In this document: one piece after another, positions 1 through 11,423 of the stretch
Position numbering within the stretch: position 1 is the first letter of the stretch
Layout of the letters: every line of letters starts with the position of its first letter
Source: Nemertoderma westbladi
Lineage: Eukaryota; Animalia; Xenacoelomorpha
Assembly (NCBI GenBank): GCA_032718475.1
Contig: JAUCBJ010007753.1
Span: forward strand, 1-32,867
Length of the DNA stretch: 32,867 nucleotides
Reading direction: 5' to 3'
Made by a program: the position numbers and the translations under genes
The notes under the pieces: generated by a model
What the model was told of the DNA's origin: nothing
Databases searched by the model: none
What the model saw: only the letters and a program-made list of their open reading frames with translations

Positions 1-2117
1 ATGGGTTCGTCGATCGTTCCTCCTGTTTGTAATCCGCTGCCGCTGCCGCTCCCGTACGGAATATTTCCCGTTCCGTCGACTCCGAGTCACTAGATGAGTC
101 GCTGTCGTCCGGATAAGGTGGTTGGCGGGTTCGCGTCCGGCGTATTATTCTTGGTCGAGTTCGTCGTGGTCTGGGATCTACGGCTCCCCGTTGTTCGGCA
201 GGCTCGCAAGCCTTCCACGAAGTCGTAGGTCTCGTTGAACTCGGTTCGATCCTGTGGGTACTACCCACATCCGTCGTCCTTCGTTGTTCGGTAGGCTCGC
301 AAGCCTTCCACGAAGTCGTAGGTCTCGTTAAACATTGGGTGAGAGGTCTAGTAAAAACATCAGGGTTAAGGTCTACTGTAGGTTTATAAATGACTGGGTT
401 CGCGCAGCACGTCACAGGTTTAACTTGCAATGGTTTACTCACCTGTTTTACTGTCATAAACGCAGGTTCGTCTCTCTCCACAAGTAAACTACGACTTACT
501 GTAGGTGGACTAGTTATGTTACCTGCTAAAATTGGCGATGAAGTCGCCCTAGGTTGCGGTATTTCCGTCACAACAAACCTGCTACCTTGCGTCGGGCGCA
601 CAGGCGTTATTTCCTTAGGTTTCGTAACAAAGACCAGGTTTTATCGGAGTCGTGGGTTTGAGCATAGGAATAACTTGGGGAAAACGTTTACAGTAATCCT
701 CGACGAACTCCTCTCCTCGATCTATCGCTCCCACGCTTCCTTCCTCGATCCGCTTCTGTATTCCGCGATATCGAGCTTCCATACGATCCAGGGCAGACAA
801 GTCGTGTCCAGTTCGCGATCTTATAGATCTATCTCTCGCGTCGAGTTCGAGGTCCGCTTGCGCGTTCGCTGTCTCGCGCGATCTACGATTCAATTCGAAC
901 TGTAGTTGCATCTCCCTTTCGCGTCGATCTGCGTCCTGTTGTTGTGCCGCTAATTCCGCTTCCTGTATAGCTAATCGAGCGTTTATTTGCCGCGCCTCCA
1001 ACTTGGCACGAGCGTCGGATGCTGCCTTTTTCCGTGCTAACTCGTCAGCTGCCGCCTGTCGTGCTAACTCGTCGGCTGCTGCCGCCGCGGCCGCTTCTCG
1101 CGCTAAGTCCTCCTCCAGTCTCCGCATTTCCGAAGCTTCGAATTCGGCTTGCGCCTTGAGTTGTGCAATTCTTGCCTCGTCCTCTCTATGTTGTTTCTCT
1201 CCTTCGATGGCGATCTGTGCCATCTGGTGTCGCGCTTCTTCCTCGGCGACTTGTTGTCGGCGTGCAACCTCCTGTTGTTGTCGAGTAATTCCAGACGCTG
1301 TTCTACTAACGTCGCCAACGTTGCCAACGTCGCTCCGTACGCTAACGAACGATCTATCCAGTGGTGGATGTTGGTAGGCTCGCGAGCCTTCCGTAGTGAG
1401 AACTTCCGTCGTCCCTCGCGGTTCGACTTCCGGTTCGTCGATCGGTACGCCGCATCTACGAAGAAAATTGGTCAGCGTTTCCAACCTTCCGTCCAGGCAG
1501 TAGAGTTCTTCTTCCTCTTCGGGTTGTAACAACGCGTCCGAAACTGACTCACCTAGCAGTTGGTCGAACTGCTCCTGTTGAGCCAAGCTTATTACCGACT
1601 TAAACTGGATAAGGCTTTCTCTCGCACTTACCAATTTATCTACTATCTTTACCTGAGTAAAGTTGTCGCCACGCAACTCTGCAAGTTCGTGCAAACCTTT
1701 AAGTTTATCTACGGAGGCATGTACCCTACTTTCTATCCTTACCTGTAAGGTGTAGAACTCGTATCTCGACATCGGGGCGGTTAACTCGCGTAAAACGCGA
1801 AAACCTTCTCCGAGGTTCCGAGTAATCTGGGCCATGTGTCCTCCTATACTTCTAATAACGTTCTCCTGGCTTCCAGTCGAACTTACCATGTCCGGTTCCC
1901 GCGATCTAGTCTGCGGGACGGTAAGGAAATCTTCGATTCTGCCGTCGCCACGCGTTGCGGCTTCCGGTATTTCCGTTCGGGGTACCGGCGACGCAAGCGG
2001 TGTGACATCGGTGGAATCTCGGGTTCTCCTTCTCGGTTCGTCTACTGTCGATCTGTCCGGGTCGCACGAGTCATAGTCGGTAGGTGGGTATCTCGTCGAA
2101 TGGGGTGTGTCACTCAT
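1..2117 (-). CDS. gag-like protein, N-terminal part, with one frameshift near 630-645
   Basis: 500-aa ORF 615..2117 with a long E/A/R/Q-rich coiled coil. My translation of the +1 frame from ~640 (NLVFVTKPKEITPVRPTQGSRF...PPYPDDSDSSSDSES...EERSTNP) is open to base 1. The gag identity is inferred from position after the PBS and from composition; no capsid or CCHC motif is seen in the window. Confidence 0.6.
185..332. repeat. ~50-bp direct repeat inside the gag-like ORF (period 93 bp, in frame)
   Basis: cgttgttcgg(c/t)aggctcgcaagccttccacgaagtcgtaggtctcgtt occurs twice and encodes TRPTTSWKACEP(T/A)EQR twice. Confidence 0.9.
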
Positions 2118-4672
2118 GTCTTATTATATACGTCAAGTACGGGTAATAAAATGTCAAGTGTCTGAATGTTGAAGTGTCAAACTTACCTAACCGGTACAAA
2201 TAAATCAACAAGTCAGAATGTCGAAATGTCAAAATGTCGAAATGTACAAATGTCAAACTTACCTTGATATATATATATATCATATATATACCCTAACCGG
2301 TACAAATAAACTAACAAGGTATATAATAAAATAAGTAGTAATCTAGCCTACCGGCTAAATTTGTACGAATAAGTGAGATAACGGTATACGTTAACAAAAT
2401 ATAGATCAACAAGTATAAACAATAGGCCAAACAGCAACGTCTAACGGGAAAATATGTACCAACAACACTACTAATAGACAGTGAAACCCACAAATTTTGA
2501 GTACTACTGTGCTTTCTTAAGTTTGAACGACGCGAGTCGTAAAACTTACGTTCCTTTGATCTTCCAGTCGTACAAATTCCCAAATACAAACCGGACGTGG
2601 GTCTTTCCGTTTTTCGGCGGCGCGGACGAATTTATTGTCTCCCAAACTTTGCGAAAAGCGGTCTAATCCTCGAAGCGGTCCAGAAATGAGTCCTTGAGTC
2701 CTGAAAAGGTCGAAGGTGAGAGTTTTACTTCTACGCTTACGAAAAATCTTCCTAGGTACCGATACAAATTGGTCTTTAAACCCTATGTACCTTTTCAAGT
2801 ACCGAAAAGTAACACCGCACACACACGGCGTAAAACAAAGTGCTACAAACTAACTGTTAGCTAGTCAAAGATTAAATACGAAAGTACTAGCTACCCTAAA
2901 AGCCTACTGAAGCAGGGGACGTTCTAAATTACTAAATTTACTAACCTTAGATTTTAAATATCTCCTACTTACAATAGCTAACAATTCTAAACTAAAGGAA
3001 ATATATACTTCCTACTGTAAGGTAGGAATATTATACACTATGGTAGAAGTACTATACTAATTTATATAAAATACTTCCTACTGTAAGGGTCCAGTAGTAT
3101 ACCGCTTACCAGATCCTAGTAACGATGTATCTTACTATGAGACTCTAGTAATGTATACGGGCTTGTACAGTATCTGACAACAAATCCCAGTCCAGGATAT
3201 CTAAACAAACAGATATAGTACACAAACGACTACTGGCGAGGAACAGAGCCTTGTATCTATTCTATGTACGTGAGCGGGTCTAATGCCTACGTACTAGACA
3301 GAAGGATACCTGTCCTCTAACCGGTGAGGCAGATGTACAGTTACAGTAACAGACCAAACTCACGGGAAAACAATCCCCGCGCAGCGAATCCTAACTATCA
3401 CTGACAGTCCTAAATACAGTAACTTGCCGCGGTGTGATTTATATGGTTTATATACGAGCTAGTGGGTTAACAGACCTAGCGTAACAACACTGACAGTCCT
3501 AAATCAGTCGAAAAGGGGTCGTACCTAAATGTAACAATAACTGATCCCCCTGTACGAAATCAGTCTAAAAGGTCAGGCCTAAATGTAACAATACCGTTGT
3601 CCAGACAAACAACAGTTTAATAACGAAAGTGAAATACTCCTTATTGTGCCGCAACTAAATCAGATCCTAATTTTACAAATACAGATAATTTCCACCTAAA
3701 GTAATGTATAGTACGCTATAGCTAGTAGAACTTTAAGGGCGATATGTTTTAGGGCGTGTGTGTGTGGGTGTGTTACAAATAAAACAATTTCGGGTAATTC
3801 CTTTTACTAGGTTTTAGTGATTTTCTGACTAAAATGATACCGTGCGCTAGCTACTAAAATAAACTAGTCGCGTTTGTAGAACTTTATACTCACGAATGAC
3901 GTCAAAGCTCTCTCCTTCCTATCCACAACCCAATGGGCAACCACAGTGTTAGTAACTACACCCGTGATCGGCACTAATACCAGATTCTGGTTGTAAGATA
4001 AGAATAGGGGTTAATCGCTACCGTACGTTAGCTGATCTGGTATACTAATTTAATTCTAGAACTTTGTTGCTGCGGTAGTTAGCAGCAATACCTATCAGTA
4101 CGTGGCAAGGCGCGGTAGGATATTAATAAACCTCCCTAGGCCAAGCAGTGTGCCGGTAGCAGAAATGCTCCTTGCCTGATCAAATAGCTAACTCCAGACA
4201 GGGGGGGGGGGGGGGGGGTACTAATGTACGTTCTACAAAGCGAACCGGTACCAAACAGTCAGTGCTATGAATCACTAAATTATGGAACGTATGCTGTCCG
4301 TACCTAATGTGTACTCGCGTACTGACGAATGGCAATAGTTCGCACCTGTAGGAAGTACAGGTTAACCCAGGGATTCGTAGGACTTGACAAAAGGGGGGGG
4401 GGGTTGTCTGGATATAATTATTTGATCCTAAATTTGCGGCGTCCAGTACGGTGTCACGCTTACCCTGATCTATAGGTCTTACGGCGGGCAAGGGCGTCGA
4501 ACAAAGTCTTACCTTCTCACAAAGCGGGCGCTGCATAGCAAGTGGAGTATTTCGAAGGGGCAAAGGGGGTGCGCGGTCGATCCAATGTGGGCGCTAGCGT
4601 GTTGTGGACATCCCTTCCCTGCGTTGCTTACGGCCTAACGATCTAGGCTGCCATCTCCCTGGTGTTCGGCTG

Positions 4673-4688
4673 TCCCGAAGTCGGACCA
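4673..4688 (-). promoter_or_regulatory. Putative primer-binding site
   Basis: TGGTCCGACTTCGGGA lies 10 nt after the LTR-like CA end. TGGTCC matches the 3' end of tRNA-Tyr (…GGACCA), but the rest deviates from the usual TGGTCCTTCGAGCCGG. Confidence 0.55.
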
Positions 4689-4883
4689 AAAGAAAACATG
4701 TCAGGAAATTGCAGTATATTTACAGTTTTACAAAAGGATTTATCAAATAAAGTTTCAACAAGAAACCGAATTAACTAATTTTACAAGAATAAACTATAAG
4801 ATGGAGAAAAGGGGTAACGAAGGTGATAATAACGTGATAACATGATAACCGAAGGCAAACCGGCCTTTTATACTAGAAATTGC

Positions 4884-5110
4884 ACATGGAAACTAAACAG
4901 AATTTTCCACAGCTTCACCATTGAGCAATGAAGTGCTTCGTGCTCTATGATTGGCCCAGCTCATCGTTCAACGCAGTCCGGCCCTTACACTAATCTGGGA
5001 CATGGAATCCTAACAGAATTTTCCACTGCCTCACATTTGAGCAATAAGATAATTTATGCCCTATGATTGGCCTGGCTCATCATTCGCTACGCTGTACGCT
5101 TCTCATTGGC
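4884..5110. repeat. Two diverged ~116-bp tandem units
   Basis: acatggaa…aacagaattttccac…ttgagcaat…ctatgattggcc…gctcatc starts at 4884 and again at 5000. Confidence 0.85.
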
Positions 5111-5157
5111 CTACCAATTAGCACCACACGAAAATAAATGGCCCCAAAATACAAATT

Positions 5158-5229
5158 TCCCGACTGGGATTCGAACTCGTAACCTACGTAATGTAACCAA
5201 CGCCTTAACCATCTGACCACTACGCCACG
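5158..5229 (-). other. tRNA-derived Pol III A/B-box cassette (tRNA pseudogene or SINE-like head)
   Basis: Minus strand: A-box-like TGGTCAGATGG, B box GTTCGAATCC, followed by TTT/TTTT. Acceptor and T stems do not pair properly, so this is not an intact tRNA. Confidence 0.7.
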
Positions 5230-5370
5230 AGAGTACCTAAGGGTTTTATGTGTACAAATATGAATAGGCATATTACATTACTGTAACTTAATCAAAATAC
5301 GTCGGATTTTCAAAAGTTTTTACGTTAAAGTTAAACTACAAATGCTACCTTATAGTGAAATAATTCATCA

Positions 5371-7186
5371 GCATCTTTCAACACAATTTTTGTACAACTA
5401 TATATAGCCCTAATGGCGTAGAGTAATTGTTTCCCACAGCCTGCTTCCCTTAGTACATTCAACAGTTTGTTACGGGGAACCAGATCGTAGGCTTTACGAA
5501 AATCGACAAACATAACAAATAATTTACACTTCTAAGAAATAGCATAATTAATTAATAATCGTAATGCAACAACTTGTTCAGTACACCCACGGTTCTTTCT
5601 ACCACCCGCTTGACAGCTGTCAATATTGACCCATCTAAGCAGCCAGAATTTATAAGCATATCATAAATCTTAGCGAATGAGTCAACAATACTAATACCAC
5701 GGTAATTACCGCAGTCCATGCGTGACCCACTATTCTTATAAAGCACAAACAGTTTACTGTAACACCATGCTGGGGGGAATCGTACATACTCAAATATTAC
5801 ATTGAATATTGATAACATAAAAATTAACCAAGATCCTGGAAGTTTGCATATTAACCCTAAACTACTGCCCCAATACGCTTTATTAACCTTAATATCAGCT
5901 AGAGTATCAGCAAGCTCGCGTGGAGTAAACTTATCGTCTAGTTCCGGTATATACGGCTCAGATTCAAACTCAGGATCGATTCCAGCGCTTAGCGGAACGG
6001 CGCTTGTGGGATTTAGTAGAGATTCAAAGTGAGCTTTAAACTGGCTAGGGGGCGGTTGGTCCTGAGCGAGATTATCGTTACCGTCGTACAGCTGGCCCTT
6101 CCAGTTTATTGCCCGCCATATCTGTTTAGGATCATTACCTTCGAGAATGGTTTCCCACCTAGTATATTTGTTGCGTTTATCGAATCTAGTGTTGCAGCCC
6201 GGATTGCGAGCTATTCTAGAACTGGAGGCGATAAGGTTATTTAAATCCTTCAGCGTGGTATCTACATCCTCCGGCGATAGACCGACCAGGAGTGGAGGTT
6301 CGACTTCCTCCATTACATTGTGGAACTTGACGCAATCGACGTTCGAGTGGTGTGTACTGTTCCCAAGACCAGATTTTGTTTGGTTACCTGAAACGCCCAG
6401 GAGTGCTGAGCGGTTCTTTAGGTCACTAACTGGGACCTGCAAACCGCAATCTACGTCGAGCAGTAGTGCGGCGTGGTCTGATCAGGTTACGGACTGGTCG
6501 ACTTCCCAGCGAGAGATACAGTTTAGAATAGGCCCCTTCGCTACACCTATATCGATTTCTGAAACCCATTTATTTCCCATCCTGTATGAAAGATTTCCTC
6601 CCAACTGTTTACCTTTGTATTCGAGATGGTTTAAAATAAGAGAATTCGTAGATTTACAGATAGCGATCACGTCCTTCCCGTGGCGGTTTACATCTCGGTC
6701 GACTATGTTTCTGTAAGGCACATCTAGGTGAGGCGAAGCGTCGCCAACTCGAGCGTTAAGATCCCCTAGAACTACAACGGATTGGCCGCCTGTCTGTAGT
6801 TGCGCCTGAAGCTGGGCGAGTTGGAACGGATCGTAGTACGGCGAGTCTAAGGGCGGAACATAGCAGCCGCTTAACAAGCAATCTGGGAGACATAGTAATT
6901 CTATAGCAATGTAGCCTTCTGTCTCGCAGTCTAATCGTTTAATCTGTGGTAGTAGGTAGTCTTTAATAAATAGAGCAACTCCTCCGCGGTTAGAGTTCTT
7001 CTTGGAAGTGTTCTGGACACCCTCGAATCCCGGTAAGTAAATCTTTGCAGCTGTCTTAGTTTCAAGAACCCAAACTAAATCAAATTGACTAAAAAATTCC
7101 AGTCGGTCACGTTCTAATAGTTTGTCACAAACTCCTCTAGCATTCCACGAACATATCCGTAGACGTCTATCATGCCCTACGCGCTG
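5371..7186 (-). pseudogene. LINE ORF2 (APE endonuclease + partial RT), copy 1
   Basis: LRICSWNARG, LETK, GDLNAR, *SDH, NYRGISI and FVDFRKAYD. In-frame TGA at 6482, frameshift at ~5644, TAG at ~5532, truncated at 5371. Confidence 0.9.
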
Positions 7187-8034
7187 CTAGGCGCTCAGGA
7201 CCGCGTTGAATCTGTCGATAATTACACCATCCCGCTTCAACACTCGCTCACGATAATCCAAGTATATTTCGCACCCCTCGTTCTGTGGCTTTTTCTTTTC
7301 TGTATATTCTCGCGCACGCAGGCGACCAATCTCCTTCCTAATACTTGGATGAACATCCTTCTTTAGATACGTGGTTTTGAATGGAGCCTCTGCCTCCTTC
7401 AACTTCTTAGCGTTACTCAAAATAACGTTGCGATCCTCTCTGTTGCGGACAACAGCCAGAATGGGCCTGGGTCTATCCCTTGATCCGGAGTTCTCTTTTC
7501 CGAGACGCTGAATCGTCCATTCTCTAGCGATAGTTGCCTGTGTTATTCTTTCACCTAAACCCATGCTTGAATTACATCAAAGATCTTTCCCTTGTCTCCT
7601 TCTTCTCCCGAGTCGGTAGATGTTTCTTTAATCCCAGTAATAATCAGATTTCTCTCGCGTCGCTCATTGTCCACCGTTTCTATAAAACTCTGTTGGTTAC
7701 GAATAATCCCTAAGGCAGAGTCCAGTTTCTCGGACAATTCCTCGACTTTCCCCTGTAACTGATTCGATATTTGTACCTCTTTCCTCAGTTCCTGCATCTC
7801 TTGCAATATTCGGACCGCTAAGTTGTTTTCTATACCTGCACCTGTTCCGGTACTCAATCCTGAGTTGGTAAGATTGAGATCCCTACCGGTTGAGTCACGG
7901 CGTTTCTGGTCCGCAGCGCGGTATACCGCGACGAGGTTTCTCAGCTGTTCCTTGTTCATTTTTCCAACTTGGCTGCTGGATAATACACATATATCGTCAA
8001 TACCTGTTAGGTTAGGATCAGTATTTTGCTCCAT
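7187..8034 (-). pseudogene. LINE ORF1 (coiled coil + RRM-like), copy 1, with 1-bp frameshift at ~7564
   Basis: Coiled coil followed by RERNLIITGIKE, RLGK…RPRPILAVV and YLKKDVHPSIRKE, motifs typical of L1/CR1-type ORF1p. Split into 159-aa and 125-aa frames at CAAGCATGGGT. Confidence 0.85.
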
Positions 8035-8370
8035 CTTCGGTATAGCTGTATTATCCGCGGTACAGTCGTACAGCAGTACAGTCTGACAGTTTTATACAGT
8101 TATACAGTTATGATTATACAAAAACTTACTTATGCAGTAAGGTAGGCAGGTTCGATTTGTTATTGATATATCGGTAAATTGATTGGTAAATCCACCCCTT
8201 ATTCCCCCCCCCCCCCCTATATTCCCCACTATTATTATTATTATTTTATTGACAAATACTTTCGATAAACAAAGCAATAATTATTACACAATAACACTGA
8301 AAACAAACTTAATTAATTAACTCACATTATAACACGGTAGAGCACAATATTTGTCCAACTAATTTACTGA

Positions 8371-11300
8371 TTAACATTTAAATTTGTCTAATACTTTTTC
8401 AATGAAGCAACACAGTTGTTTTGTATCCTGGCAACGAAACAGATCTACTAAAGATGAATATCCAACGTAACAAAATTGACCACGTAGTTCCCAAGTACGA
8501 GAGCATATCATAGCTGCATGTTCCTCGTTCTGAACTGAGATGTGGTCGCATGAACACACACGCTCGGCAGGCGGAGTACGACTCCATCTACCCTTTTCAC
8601 TGCGTAATTCATGCGAAAACACCCTAAAACGAGTAAATGCTTTACGCTGGTAGTCTGGTATGTAGTTAACATTATCACGGTAAATTGTATGTACTGTTAG
8701 CTCCGGGTTAATATCATGACAGTATGACCAAAACTTAGTCGCAGTGGGTGGCTTACTACGAATCCTACGCCTAATAGAATCTAAATTGTAGTTAGAAATA
8801 TCTTCATTGCACGCACCAGATAGTATAGTATATCCGTGTATTCCTGCCACATTTGCACATAAATCAAGAGTTTGCGTGATTGGTAGAGCTCTGTCGGCTA
8901 ATTTTGAGTATTTTGTGAACAATTTCTTTTGAGCTTCGACAACAATGGCTCGTAGCGGTTTAATACCGAGTTCTACCAAACAGACGTCATTCGGAGTAGT
9001 TTTACGTACCCCAAGCAACGACTTAATCGCTTTCATATACAGTACCTCTATAGACTTGAAATCTCTAGTTAACCAAGACTCACACCCATATGTCAGTACT
9101 GCTGATAGGCAAGCTTGGAAAACTTTCAGTTTCAAGTGGAAGGGCATTGAATCGTTGACCGTACAGAAAATAATAAACTTATTAACAGCATCGGTACACC
9201 GACTTGCGTGTACATTGAGCACTGAGGACATTTTACCATTCTCACAGAATGGTGAGCCTAGATAAATGTATGTAGCACAGTTAGAAACTTTAATTCCTCC
9301 ATATTCTATGGGGACCCGGTCAGACACCGATCCATTAATAACCATAAAGTTTGTCTTTTTGGGGTTTATAGTCATTCCGTAATCTGCACAATAATCAGCT
9401 AGAACACGAAATTTTGTTTCACATGCGCTACGTGTAGTAGACAGAATAACTGAGTCATCCATAAGTAGCAATATCTGTATAACTCCCAAAAAACCATCTG
9501 TACTGTACGCTGCACGTAACCTAACAACAAACTGATTTAAATACATACAAAATAAAGTTACGCTGGTTGATGCACCTTGTTTTACACCGAGAATAGATAT
9601 AATTACTGCATCTTTCAACACAATTTTTGTACAACTATATATAGCCCTAATGGCGTAGAGTAATTGTTTCCCACAGCCTGCTTCCCTTAGTACATTCAAC
9701 AGTTTGTTACGGGGAACCAGATCGTAGGCTTTACGAAAATCGACAAACATAACAAATAATTTACACTTCTTAGAAATAGCATAATTAATTAATAATCGTA
9801 ATGCAACAACTTGTTCAGTACACCCACGGTTCTTTCTACCACCCGCTTGACAGCTGTCAATATTGACCCATCTAAGCAGCCAGAATTTATAAGCATATCA
9901 TAAATCTTAGCGAATGAGTCAACAATACTAATACCACGGTAATTACCGCAGTCCATGCGTGACCCACTATTCTTATAAAGCACAAACAGTTTACTGTAAC
10001 ACCATGCTGGGGGGAATCGTACATACTCAAATATTACATTGAATATTGATAACATAAAAATTAACCAAGATCCTGGAAGTTTGCATATTAACCCTAAACT
10101 ACTGCCCCAATACGCTTTATTAACCTTAATATCAGCTAGAGTATCAGCAAGCTCGCGTGGAGTAAACTTATCGTCTAGTTCCGGTATATACGGCGCCGAT
10201 TCAAACTCAGGATCGATTCCAGCGCTTAGCGGAACGGCGCTTGTGGGATTTAGTAGAGATTCAAAGTGAGCTTTAAACTGGCTAGGGGGCGGTTGGTCCT
10301 GAGCGAGATTATCGTTACCGTCGTACAGCTGGCCCTTCCAGTTTATTGCCCGCCATATCTGTTTAGGATCATTACCTTCGAGAATGGTTTCCCACCTAGT
10401 ATATTTGTTGCGTTTATCGAATCTAGTGTTGCAGCCCGGATTGCGAGCTATTCTAGAACTGGAGGCGATAAGGTTATTTAAATCCTTCAGCGCGGTATCT
10501 ACATCCTCCGGCGATAGACCGACCAGGAGCGGAGGTTCGACTTCCTCCATTACATTGTGGAACTTGACGCAATCGACGTTCGAGTGGTGTGTACTGTTCC
10601 CAAGACCAGATTTTGTTTGGTTACCTGAAACGCCCAGGAGTGCTGAGCGGTTCTTTAGGTCACTAACTGGGACCTGCAAACCGCAATCTACGTCGAGCAG
10701 TAGTGCGGCGTGGTCTGATCAGGTTACGGACTGGTCGACTTCCCAGCGAGAGATACAGTTTAGAATAGGCCCCTTCGCTACACCTATATCGATTTCTGAA
10801 ACCCATTTATTTCCCATCCTGTATGAAAGATTTCCTCCCAACTGTTTACCTTTGTATTCGAGATGGTTTAAAATAAGAGAATTCGTAGATTTACAGATAG
10901 CGATCACGTCCTTCCCGTGGCGGTTTACATCTCGGTCGACTATGTTTCTGTAAGGCACATCTAGGTGAGGCGAAGCGTCGCCAACTCGAGCGTTAAGATC
11001 CCCTAGAACTACAACGGATTGGCCGCCTGTCTGTAGTTGCGCCTGAAGCTGGGCGAGTTGGAACGGATCGTAGTACGGCGAGTCTAAGGGCGGAATATAG
11101 CAGCCGCTTAACAAGCAATCTGGGAGACATAGTAATTCTATAGCAATGTAGCCTTCTGTCTCGCAGTCTAATCGTTTAATCTGTGGTAGTAGGTAGTCTT
11201 TAATAAATAGAGCAACTCCTCCGCGGTTAGAGTTCTTCTTGGAAGTGTTCTGGACACCCTCGAATCCCGGTAAGTAAATCTTTGCAGCTGTCTTAGTTTC

Positions 11301-11423
11301 AAGAACCCAAACTAAATCAAATTGACTAAAAAATTCCAGTCGGTCACATTCTAATAGTTTGTCACAAACTCCTCTAGCATTCCACGAACATATCTGTAGA
11401 CGTCTATCATGCCCTACGCGCCG
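8371..11423 (-). pseudogene. LINE ORF2 (APE endonuclease, reverse transcriptase, CCHC), copy 2
   Basis: APE motifs, then RT motifs FVDFRKAYD, GVKQG…S..LF, LLLMDD, INPKKT, YIYLG, and C-terminal FTRFRVFSHELRSEKGRW…CSC…H…C. In-frame TGA at 10719 and frameshift at ~9881. Confidence 0.93.

Larger units (their letters stand above)
1..4872 (-). mobile_element. LTR retrotransposon, 5' portion (LTR edge, PBS-like site, long leader, gag-like ORF); continues beyond window start
   Basis: Minus strand reads ...TTTCCTGACA (LTR-like CA end at 4699), a 10-nt spacer, then TGGTCC... (PBS-like), a ~2.6 kb leader and a long coiled-coil/disordered ORF that runs off the window. No pol is visible, so the superfamily (Bel/Pao vs Ty3/gypsy) is not resolved. 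Confidence 0.65.
5371..8231 (-). mobile_element. CR1/L2-group LINE, copy 1: 5'-intact, 3'-truncated inside the RT domain
   Basis: Near-identical to 9608..12467 (offset 4237). Contains the 5' UTR, ORF1, APE endonuclease and RT up to ...CTKIVLKDA, then joins unrelated sequence. Carries an extra TAG at ~5532 where copy 2 has AAG. Confidence 0.95.

Noticed and set aside
390-2165. Plus-strand ORFs overlapping the gag-like ORF (171, 124, 126, 109 aa)
   Set aside because: Antisense shadows of a long coding frame, with no independent motifs.
5158-5229. Functional tRNA gene
   Set aside because: Acceptor, anticodon and T stems do not pair; kept only as a tRNA-derived cassette.
6482-6484. Alternative genetic code (TGA as sense), suggested by in-frame TGA here, at 10719 and at 18069
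   Set aside because: The same elements also carry frameshifts, Trp is encoded by TGG in the segments I translated, and single substitutions (GGA/CGA to TGA) explain the stops.
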